DNA of 64,000 nucleotides from assembly GCF_963676685.1 (NCBI RefSeq), contig NC_092346.1, forward strand, positions 9,300,001 through 9,364,000, given 5' to 3'. Below are positions 25,501 to 34,856 of the stretch, one piece after another. Origin of the DNA: Mytilus edulis. Lineage: Eukaryota. Made by a program: the position numbers and the translations under genes. The notes under the pieces were generated by a model. It was not told where the DNA came from. It saw only the letters and a list, made by a program, of their open reading frames with translations, and searched no databases. Within the stretch, counting starts at the first letter, position 1. Each line of letters opens with the position of its first letter.

Positions 25501-27769
25501 ACTTAATTTCGTAGTTTTGCAAAAGTCTGCATACAAGCCTATAGAAAATGTGTTACATTTCTTGCTTGAGTAAGCTAACTTCAGCTTTGCAATGAGGTTC
25601 TTTCTGCATGGGACAGATAAAAAATGTTCACTTGACTCCAATCTTCTTTACCGATTGTCAGTTTTACTAACGAAGTTTAGGTACTCCGGCTTCCACCAAT
25701 TTGAACTGACAGCACAATAGTGATCAAAGTGGTGTTAAACACCAATCAATCAGTCATGTTATCAAACAAAACCTTTTGTAAAATATTTCCTGTGTTGTTG
25801 AAATCACAACGTCCTAAATGGTTGGCTCCTAAATGGTTCATGGCATATGACTTGTGTGGATAAACAATGGAGGGTTTTGCATGCATGTCAATTTGTCATT
25901 AACATACCGGTGGACATTAATATAGTATGAATGGTAAAAAATACTTAATTATCTGTTGTTGAGCAGGGTTTTGTCAAGAAGTATCAATTGTTTTTCTGAA
26001 CTAGCACATTTCTTTTTTTTCTCTAAGGAGCATGCACATGTTTATACATGATATACTAATAATTGAATCTTTCATGTTTTTAGCTACGAAATCCAAGTTA
26101 TAGATGATGTCAGAAGAAAAGGCATAGGGAAATTTATTGTACAGATATTAGAATTAATGGCATATCAGTAAGTATATCTATCCTGATGTGACAAAGAAAC
26201 CAAGAGCTGTTTGTTAAATCAAGCATCAAGAAATATTTGTTTTCAAAATTGCCAAAAATTTCCTCTTAAGTAAATTTCCAAGAGTTGTCTCCCTTTAAAT
26301 AAGGTTGATATTGAGAAAGTCATTTTATGTTTTTGTTACTTCCAGGCTTTCAGTTAAAAAGTAACAAATACAAACTATATCAAAACATAAGAAGAAAACT
26401 ATTATAGAATTATTATGGGATAGACATGTCTATTGCTGTAAATAATATGTTTACATTTACATGTCTTCAGCTCTATTTGGCACTCATACCACATCTTCCT
26501 ATATCTAAATACATCTTTTGTTCACTTTGAATTGCAATACAGGGCATTGTATACTGTTTATGAATTGGTATAGGCAGTGTTATCACTTTAAACCATAAAA
26601 TATTTTAAGGATTGTTAAATATTATCTCTATTTTGTAAGTTGGCTATTACCTTATTTTGTGAGACAGCTATCTATATCTAGCTTCTCAAGAATTCAGAAC
26701 ATTTTTCTCAGTCAAGTAGGACAACTCAATAATACCATTAGCTATACATGTCATTGACATTGCCTTGAAAAAGAGCAATACATAGACGATGGTCTTTTGA
26801 CTGGAAGAATTTTTTGGCTGCATCACATCTGTAGGCTATCATTGTTCAATGAGATTATTGTAGTGAAACTCTCCCTCTGGTTTTAAAAAACATACATAAT
26901 CAATAATTACCAGTTAAATCTGGCTCCTGTTAATTTCTAAGATACATTACCATATATTGTAATTTCTTATTCTTATTTTTTCAGCACAGAGATGGCAAAA
27001 GTGATGTTAACAACATTTAAACATAACAAAGTGGCTCAGGGTTTCTTTAAAAACACAATGAAGTAAGTCAACAACGTTCAAACATAACAAAGTGGCTCAG
27101 GGTTTCTTTAAAAACACAATGAAGTAAGTTAACAACATTTAAACTTTATAACAAAGTGGCTCAGGGTTTCTTTAAAAACACAATGAAGTAAGTTAACAAC
27201 CTTTACACATGACAAATGGGCTTATTTAACATGTCAAAGTAGGTCAGTATTTCTTAAGACATTTCAACATGACAAAATGGCTGAGGGTTTTGTTTAAAAA
27301 CACAATGAAGTAAGTAAACAACCTTTAAAGATTTTTTTTTTAACTGTTATAGGAAATGTAACATATCAAAATTTAGAAAGCAACTTTTAAGTTTTGTGAA
27401 AACGCTATCCCACTTAAATTTTCATAATAAAGAAAACATTGAAAAACTTTCTGAATCGACAGTATTGGGTTATGATTTTACATGTTACAGGTTCATTACA
27501 AAACCATTCATCTTTATGCATATATTGTGTTTGAATTTTACAGGTACATAAAAAAAAATCATCTTTATTAATATATTGTGTTTGAATTTTACAGGTATGT
27601 CATAGATGAAATCTCACCTGAAGATCCATTATTTGAGGAGGGCTATCATTATGAAATACTCAGTAAACCAATCAAACAAAAGCCAAATAAGACAGGTGAT
27701 GCCAGTAACAGCCAATCAAATAAAGCTGTTGTAGAACCAATGCAGACGTCACCTGTCAAAGCATCGTAG
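19593..27769 (+). CDS. NAA40: N-alpha-acetyltransferase 40 (NatD), 248 aa; join(19593..19598,20216..20260,21336..21386,22245..22297,23740..23835,24628..24786,26084..26167,26985..27062,27595..27769)
   Basis: Spliced protein [18 protein letters not shown]...FRKFDRNGL...[40 protein letters not shown]...[25 protein letters not shown]...RRKGIGKF...[10 protein letters not shown]...YEILSK matches NAA40; GNAT RxxGxG motif; all introns GT-AG with consistent phases. Confidence 0.97.
20216..20260 (+). CDS. NAA40: NAA40 exon 2
   Basis: [15 protein letters not shown], tttcag/GTAACT. Confidence 0.9.
20297..20999. mobile_element. Non-autonomous DNA transposon with 9-bp TSD (Mutator-like) in NAA40 intron 2
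   Basis: TSD attcaatgc at 20288-20296 and 21000-21008; imperfect TIRs with inverted subterminal gttcgccct repeats; internal ~85-bp tandem duplication. Confidence 0.75.
21336..21386 (+). CDS. NAA40: NAA40 exon 3
   Basis: [17 protein letters not shown], ttttag/GTAAGT. Confidence 0.9.
22245..22297 (+). CDS. NAA40: NAA40 exon 4
   Basis: [18 protein letters not shown]. Confidence 0.9.
22708..23114. mobile_element. MITE in NAA40 intron 4
   Basis: TIR cagtgatattgtt / aacaatatcactg, flanked by acaga on both sides. Confidence 0.6.
23740..23835 (+). CDS. NAA40: NAA40 exon 5
   Basis: [31 protein letters not shown]. Confidence 0.95.
24628..24786 (+). CDS. NAA40: NAA40 exon 6
   Basis: [17 protein letters not shown]...[15 protein letters not shown]. 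Confidence 0.95.
26084..26167 (+). CDS. NAA40: NAA40 exon 7
   Basis: [27 protein letters not shown], acetyl-CoA binding motif. Confidence 0.95.
26985..27062 (+). CDS. NAA40: NAA40 exon 8
   Basis: [26 protein letters not shown]. Confidence 0.93.
27006..27330 (+). repeat. ~61-bp tandem repeat of the NAA40 exon 8 3' half plus its donor site
   Basis: gttaacaacatttaaacataacaaagtggctcagggtttctttaaaaacacaatgaagtaa x3 plus decayed copies. Confidence 0.9.
27595..27769 (+). CDS. NAA40: NAA40 exon 9
   Basis: [11 protein letters not shown]...YEILSK...KAS*. Confidence 0.92.
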
Positions 27770-27936
27770 CAGACGCTTGAAGATCTTATCTGATTGGACA
27801 AGAACTTGAATGAATATTCGTTCCATAGACAAAATTCACTCAATATTTAACATCTATAGATGGTTGTGATATTCCGCATACATTGAGATACAATTTTGTA
27901 AGAGCAGTGTATTTCATTGATCATGTACATTTCAAA

Positions 27937-27942
27937 AATAAA
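27937..27942 (+). terminator. Candidate NAA40 polyadenylation signal
   Basis: AATAAA ~170 nt after the stop; another at 28147. Confidence 0.45.
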
Positions 27943-29077
27943 ATTGTTACATTTTCATGATGATTTGAAAGAGAATAGGTCAATACGTCAATCACACCTC
28001 CTGTTTCCTAATTGCACCATATGCTCAGTTTAAGTTACAATGGTTATCTATATGTGTTGTATACAGTCACTTTACCTTGTACATGTCCATCTTTCACGAC
28101 TTAATTTTCTTTTATCATTGGATGTGTTACTTTTGTGTGTTATGTTAATAAACTGTAATCAGCAATAATGTTAAGCAGAGCTACAAATAAGTCAACATGA
28201 CCAAAATTGTTAATTGACTCCTTAAGTAGTTCTTGCCCTTTATAGTAAATTTTTAACCATTTTTCACAAGTTTTTGTCATCCTTTGCTGAAATCGTCTCC
28301 TGAAACTATATAGACAAATTATATCAAACTTGGTCACAATCATCATTATGATATCATTATAGTATTTAGTTTCAAAACAAAATGTGTCCAATGACCAGGT
28401 CGGCCAACCAACATGGCCGACATACCTTAAAATAGAACAAAGGGGTTAAATGCAGTTTTTGGCTTATATCTCTGAAACTAAAGCATTTAAAGCAAATCTG
28501 ACCTGGGTAAAATGTTCATCAGGTTAAGATCTATCTGCCATGAAAATGACCCTGCCATCCAACTAGCAATACCCTACGAGTTATATATAAATTATACTGG
28601 AACAAAATGCTTACTTAATCTTTAACTTGTCATGATGTAAACTTTATAACAAATATCTAGTCAACAGCATTGTGTATTGCACAAACTAAAAAAAAACGGG
28701 GTAAAAATATTTTTTTCCGGAGGAGGTCAATTCGCATCAGCAAAGTGTTTTGCACAAAAGCAAAAAAATAATATAAAATTATAACCAATTTGCAGTTCTT
28801 TGACTACAGTTATTCTATGCCAGAAACCTATTATGTGTCAAAATGTTAATTACAATCCAAATTCAGACCTGTATCAAGCGTAAATATTGTGTCCATTTTG
28901 ACCCCAACTTTTCAGGATTAGACATCTGCGGTCGTATCTAGCTGCGCTCAGCGAAGCAATTTATTTTTTCATCTGAATTTCTTACTTATCAGCAATAGAA
29001 TAAATTTATTTGGTATATGAGTTCCCCGCAAGGTTTACATGTCCGTCATTTGGCTTTTTTAGCTTTTTGGAATTCAA

Positions 29078-29200
29078 GCGTCACTGATGAGTCCTTTGTA
29101 AACAAACAAACGTCTGGTGTAAATATTTATCAAAGGTACCAGGATTATAATTTAGTACGCCAGCCGCGCGATTCGTCTACATAAGACTCATCAGTGACGC
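29078..29200. ncRNA. Inverted pair of decayed hammerhead motifs (+ 29078-29120, - 29157-29200)
   Basis: gcgtca-ctgatga-gtc on both strands; GAAA/GUC core mutated. Confidence 0.6.
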
Positions 29201-30597
29201 TCATATCAAAATATTTATAAAGCCAAACAAGTACAAAGTTGAAGAGCATTGAGGATCCAAAATTCCAAAATACAAAATGTAATCTTTGTATCTATGCTTA
29301 GTTTATTATCATACAATTGACCCCGACTTCAATAGTAGATATTTTAAATAGTTTAGTTTGTTTCTTAGATGCTATAAAAGAGAGAGAAAAGATACCAACT
29401 CATAAAGTCGGAAATTAAACGACAAAGCCATGGCTAAAACAAAAGACAAAATAACAAGTATACAAAACAACATTTATGCAATTACTCAACTATATTCGGT
29501 GTATCAAATGATTGTATGGTATATAGGTTTGTTTCACAGGCTTTATTAGAATTTGACCTCCTAGTCCTGGATCATCAATTAATGTTAATTCTATGGAATG
29601 TATTTTTAACACTTTCAACATACAACCAATCATAGTCGGTAAAACAGGCCAGACATTTCAGCATGTCCACTATTGTTATCTGTCAATCCATTCGATATGA
29701 AATGATTTTGATCATGTTGATATTATTGGTGCGTTATGACATTTTCGGCCAGTGTCGTGTAGATGTTATCTCCAAAATAGCCATTTCATAGATTATGCTT
29801 TTTAATATATTTTTCGTGCATTACATTTTGTTTCTGTGAGTCATGGTTGTCATTACTGCGGATGCATAACGTCAGGGTACACAAGTTGTACCTATATAAA
29901 AAAAAAAAAGCAGTTTTCCTACAGACAAAACAATTTGTATTTTTATAATATGATACTATGCACGTCTTTCAACATAGGTAAATATATTTAGATATACACA
30001 AAACGTTCAGTATCTATATACAGATTAAGTGTTTACTGAAAAAGTCAAATGTACGGAAAAGTCGCCATGCGACGCCATCAAAACGTCATCTTTTTACAAT
30101 TAGCATATAAATTATGTTACAAGCATCCACTTTTAAACCATGAAGAGTTAGCATAAACTAATATCCAATTGAACATTATATTTGAGGAAAGTAAACAAAG
30201 ATCTGTAATTCGTCTTTTGATAAGCATGGATGCAATTTGGGTACTCCTCCTTAAGAATCATTGATCGTTTGGGGGTCACTTCAGACCAATTTTTCAATGA
30301 TTCAATATGGATTCAATATTAAATTGAGGGAACTATATAGTGAATGTTTATATATCTACAAAATAAACAAGTAAAGGAAACTTTTGTCTGGATCATAAAT
30401 AAATGTAAGTTACACAACTGTCAAAATAGGTGCAATGTGGGTACCCTCATATTAGAAATCATTTTAAATTAAGGAATGTATCTCCCTCATGCAAAGCTCT
30501 GATTCCTTTCACTAATTTGGCTTTACTTTTTGGACCTTTTGGATTATTGCTCTTCATATTTTATATAAGCTTTGGATTTCAAATATTTTGGCCACGA

Positions 30598-30641
30598 GCA
30601 TCACTGAAGAGACATGTATTGTCGAAATGCGCATCTGGTGC
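30598..30641 (+). ncRNA. Type I hammerhead ribozyme, copy 1 (cleavage 3' of C30635)
   Basis: Stem I GCAUCA/UGGUGC, core CUGAAGA, stem II GACA-UGUAU-UGUC, GAAA, palindromic stem III AUGCGCAU, AUC cleavage triplet. Confidence 0.9.
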
Positions 30642-30947
30642 AAGAACATTGGTACCGTTAATTTTATTACTACCACTGGGTCGATGCCTCTGCTGGTGGA
30701 CTATTAGTCCCCGAGGGTATCACCAGCCCAGTAGCCAGTACTTCGGTACTGGCATGAAAATACGGATTGTTTGTTTTATTTAAATTTGCTGTTACAAAAT
30801 ATTAGAAATCATTTTAAATTAAGGAATGTATCTCCCTCATGCAAAGCTCTGATTCCTTTCACTAATTTGGCTTTACTTTTTGGACCTTTTGGATTATTGC
30901 TCTTCATATTTTATATAAGCTTTGGATTTCAAATATTTTGGCCACGA

Positions 30948-30991
30948 GCATCACTGAAGAGACATGTATTGTCGAAATGCGCATCTGGTGC
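30948..30991 (+). ncRNA. Type I hammerhead ribozyme, copy 2 (cleavage 3' of C30985)
   Basis: Identical to copy 1, +350. Confidence 0.9.
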
Positions 30992-31297
30992 AAGAAAATT
31001 GGTACCGTTAATTTTATTACTACCACTGGGTCGATGCCTCTGCTGGTGGACTATTAGTCCCCGAGGGTATCACCAGCCCAGTAGCCAGTACTTCGGTACT
31101 GGCATGAAAATACGGATTGTTTGTTTTATTTAAATTTGCTGTTACAAAATATTAGAAATCATTTTAAATTAAGGAATGTATCTCCCTCATGCAAAGCTCT
31201 GATTCCTTTCACTAATTTGGCTTTACTTTTTGGACCTTTTGGATTATTGCTCTTCATATTTTATATAAGCTTTGGATTTCAAATATTTTGGCCACGA

Positions 31298-31341
31298 GCA
31301 TCACTGAAGAGACATGTATTGTCGAAATGCGCATCTGGTGC
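31298..31341 (+). ncRNA. Type I hammerhead ribozyme, copy 3 (cleavage 3' of C31335)
   Basis: Identical to copy 1, +700. Confidence 0.9.
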
Positions 31342-32107
31342 AAGAAAATTGGTACCGTTAATTTTATTACATAGCAAGAGATGCTTAAATTGTAAACGTA
31401 CACAGTCATGCTATTTTTAAAGGTTCTTTGCCTGTACCAAGTCAGGAATATGACAGTTCTTGTCCATTCGTTTTTGATGCGTTTTGTTATTTGATTTTGC
31501 CATGTGATTATGGACTTTCCCAATTGATCTTCCTCTAAGTTCAGTATTTTTGTGATTTTACTTTTTATTTCCTGAGATTTGATCTTGATCTGTCCATAAT
31601 TGATTGGTAAGCTTCAAACATTGGTAAAATTCTGTTGATTTAATCTATTAATGCAAAATATATAGATCCGTTTTACATTCTGAAAACATTATTGGTGTGA
31701 AAATATTTCTTATTCTGTGAATGAAGATGTACATCAACCAGTTATAACAAAAGATCTATGATCTAAAGGTCAATTCATGGTCTTTAAAAAAAAACAATTA
31801 TACGATACGTCAATCATAGACTTGCCCAAAGTTTTTAAGTTGATTGAAATGACACTTTATAAGATAGTTGTTCAGTTGTAGCTTTAAACTAAACCAAACA
31901 AAAATGCATTAATACATGTATAAAAATAGAATATGATAATATTGTAAGTAAATTATGAATTTGTATTCATGTTTTGGTTACAAGCTTAAGTTTGTGCTTG
32001 GGAATAATCAAAAACAGAATCCAGAGAAAAGAATTGTGTATATTGTGACTTTGTCAGTTTTGATCCTGTATTTGTATGTACTAGAGTAAAGCTATTTACC
32101 ATATACC

Positions 32108-32251
32108 CAGTGTATCCCAAACTCTCAAAAAAATTTAATCGTAAGGTCAGACAGAAGTTTTTAGATTTTTTACTAGAATATATAGTTGAAAAGATCGAAT
32201 TTCTTTTTCGGTCAGATAAACCGTTACGCTAAAGCAGTGTTGCACAGACTG
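32108..32251. mobile_element. hAT-like MITE downstream of the TRIM-like stop (also 47438-47598, 57766-57927; inverted relative ~23317-23469)
   Basis: cagtgt...agactg termini, 8-bp TSD catatacc; empty site in pseudogene flank ~42310. Confidence 0.75.
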
Positions 32252-32335
32252 CATATACCTGTAGTGTCAATGTAACTAAGTGTTCAAGTAATGAATGAAC
32301 TGAAGTGTTCATGTGAATGTCAACTTCTATAATTA

Positions 32336-34114
32336 TTAAATGGTTTCATTTTGAATACACAAATTACTACAATCACTGTTGCCGAATCCTGAAACCTGAA
32401 CTGTATATAGTTTGGCCTCATCAGACCCACTTTTGTATGTACCACAACCTATGTATAATGTTCCTGTATTGTCAAAGTCTAAAGAGAATGGTAACTGAAT
32501 ACCTAACTGATCCTTAGTGTACAGGTAATAAACACACTGTCCATAATAAGTGTCAATGATATGAATTATGTGATGGGTACTATCTGCAACTATAATATTG
32601 TCTGATTTTGTAGCCATTAAATCTTTAGGCGTGAATGTTCGTTGTTTGTTGATGTGTTGATCACTATATACCCATCTTATTCCATTGGTTTTATTTAATG
32701 CAACTATTCTACCATCGTAGTCTGCATTGAGACGATCTAGGACATAACAGTTATTGTCATTGTCTGAAGTTATTCTTGCAGCAGCTGTTAAGATAGATTG
32801 CCCATTATTGTCTAAATGGTACATTTTTTCTTTCCTTCCATTCATATCCATCACAATGACCTGTCTAGGACCATTGACTGGAAATGGTTCTCCATTTTCT
32901 CTAACCCCTACCATGATTTGGTTATCTTTGGTTACATGAACAGCTAAGGTTAGAAGAGAAGCAACGCTGAATATAGACCGTTTAATTTCTCCAGTAGCCT
33001 TAGAAAGTATTTGCAGAGCATCTGTCTTTGAAGATATCAGTAAATCCCCTGTCGGTAATAAAGCCATGCTATATGCAAATGCTTTTTGTTTCTTAAGGAT
33101 CTGTACCGATTCTGAGCCTTTCTTTAGTTGTATCTTCCTTAATTTATTAGTCTTAGTGTGGTTTATCCACATAGTTCCATCTTCACAGCAAACTAAATTT
33201 TCTACAGTTGTGAATTTAGTTTTAAACTGCTGTAGCACATGGAATTCGAATTTGTACTGTTCCTTATCTCCAAGCTCAGTCAATACTCCATGTTGTGATA
33301 ACAAAATTGGTTGTTTTCCTGGTACATATTGTGGCAATCCCTTAATCCTAGTGTTCACTGGTGCTACTCTCTGTTTACTATCTGCTCTTAGTTCTCTTTC
33401 CCGTTTGAATATGTTGAATACCTCAGTTGCATTGTTTTGTTTTAGGGTGTGACCTAGGCTCTCTCTACGAATTTCTAAATCTTTTTTCAACTTCTTTGAT
33501 CTATTTTCTTCATTTTGTACTGATTTCTTTAGAAACTCCCTTCGTTGATCAAGTTTCATCAAAAGATTATGTGTATGCATTTCAACTTCATTCTTTAAAA
33601 CTCTTTCCCTGTTCAGAATTTTCTGCTTCTCTGATTCATATAATGATTCTTCAGAGGTTTTCCTAATATCCAGTTTAGATAATCCTTTCTCAATTTGTAA
33701 AATGTTTTCTTCAACTTCAGTATGAAAGTTATTGACAGCTTCCAATGTCAACTCATACTCTTTAGCTAATCCTATCATGTCGTGGGTGTTATGGGCTTGA
33801 AGAAAACATAAAGGACAGATAATTTCCTCACATGTCTTGCAAAACTGGCAACAGTTTTGTCCATTATGAACACTACATGGAATATTAATTATGTCTGGTT
33901 GATCATTGACTTCTTGTTGATATGTAGTTATGTCTTTAATGTCTATGATTATATGCTGGTCGGTAGATTTCACTTTCTGATGAAGTTGTTGACATTTTGT
34001 ACACAAGAGAAAGTCACACTGTAAACATTTCCATTTTATCTCATTAGATTCCTCACACATCTGGCAGAGCATAGGAGCTTGTCCACTTTGAAGAGAATTT
34101 GATAATGCCATCAT
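32336..34114 (-). CDS. RING-less TRIM-like protein A (B-box1, B-box2, coiled coil, NHL-type beta-propeller), 592 aa
   Basis: CQMC..CLQC..CTKC..H..H and CSVH..CQFCKTC..CPLC..HNTH zinc ligands; E/K/L-rich heptads; repeats such as PKDLMATKSDNIIVAD and PFSLDFDNTGTLYIG; 5'UTR acceptor ttcccag at 34152. Confidence 0.92.
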   Translation of the reverse strand: MMALSNSLQSGQAPMLCQMCEESNEIKWKCLQCDFLLCTKCQQLHQKVKSTDQHIIIDIKDITTYQQEVNDQPDIINIPCSVHNGQNCCQFCKTCEEIICPLCFLQAHNTHDMIGLAKEYELTLEAVNNFHTEVEENILQIEKGLSKLDIRKTSEESLYESEKQKILNRERVLKNEVEMHTHNLLMKLDQRREFLKKSVQNEENRSKKLKKDLEIRRESLGHTLKQNNATEVFNIFKRERELRADSKQRVAPVNTRIKGLPQYVPGKQPILLSQHGVLTELGDKEQYKFEFHVLQQFKTKFTTVENLVCCEDGTMWINHTKTNKLRKIQLKKGSESVQILKKQKAFAYSMALLPTGDLLISSKTDALQILSKATGEIKRSIFSVASLLTLAVHVTKDNQIMVGVRENGEPFPVNGPRQVIVMDMNGRKEKMYHLDNNGQSILTAAARITSDNDNNCYVLDRLNADYDGRIVALNKTNGIRWVYSDQHINKQRTFTPKDLMATKSDNIIVADSTHHIIHIIDTYYGQCVYYLYTKDQLGIQLPFSLDFDNTGTLYIGCGTYKSGSDEAKLYTVQVSGFGNSDCSNLCIQNETI

Positions 34115-34563
34115 GGGAATCTACGTTTAGAACATTTTGTTCACATTATACCTGGGAAATTCTATCTCACATAATTATTCAAGACTATTAATAGTAACAT
34201 CGTCATTATTTAATATACTTTGTGTTTATGTTATATAGCGAGACGACGTCACTAATGGTGTTATTTGCAAATAGAATATGTTTAAACTAAAATTTAAAAA
34301 GCAGATAGTATACCATGCCTTTAAATAAAGTAATCTTTTATACCTATAACATGCTAACATATCGATGACAATGGATTAAAATTTGAGGACTCTACTGTGT
34401 AAATAGGGTACTATTATACATATGTTATATATATAGACAGTCATGACTTCTTTTGTTACTACATACTATTTTCGTCGTGTATTAATTTTTACAAATTTTG
34501 CAGTAGTAAATACAAGTGAAGACAAATGCAACTTGAATGGATGTAGTAACCTTTTGATAATTT

Positions 34564-34856
34564 TCATCGGAATATACAACTACTATATATAGCTAGTATA
34601 CACGGTTTACCTGGTTGCCCTTTACATAACCTCATGTAAACTGTGGAACTGTTAAAAAGACCAGTGATCCATACAGAAAATCGATTTCTTTCCTGTTTGG
34701 ATAAATTGAAGATTTCAATTCTATGTTTGACTGAGGCTCTCTCTCTCTCTCTCTGCGATTTACTTAATCTGTTTTGATCTTCTGAGATCTTTTTCTTCAT
34801 CTTGCATTGATTTCTTTAGAAAATCCCTTCATTGGTCAAGTTCTATTAAAAGACTT
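34564..34856 (-). pseudogene. Relic of a TRIM-like coiled-coil segment (also ~49828-50123, ~60241-60503)
   Basis: ttgatttctttagaaaatcccttcattggtcaagttctattaaaaga aligns to 33520-33567 of the intact gene. Confidence 0.55.

Larger units (their letters stand above)
30450..31370 (+). mobile_element. Non-LTR retrozyme: ~2.6 tandem copies of a 350-bp hammerhead-containing unit
   Basis: Exact 350-bp period, only one substitution seen between units, one hammerhead per unit, absent at the matching site in copies B and C. Confidence 0.9.

Noticed and set aside
30430-31420. Three repeated 99-120-aa ORFs as protein-coding genes
   Set aside because: GTG/TTG starts in a eukaryote; they are by-products of the 350-bp ribozyme repeat
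32754-33666. Plus-strand ORFs within the TRIM-like genes (also 48102-48800, 58456-59154)
   Set aside because: Antisense shadows, conserved only because the sense genes are recent duplicates
34154-34163. NF-kB-like GGGAAATTCT next to TRIM-like gene A
   Set aside because: Overlaps the splice acceptor pyrimidine tract and is not conserved in B and C (GGGAAATACT)
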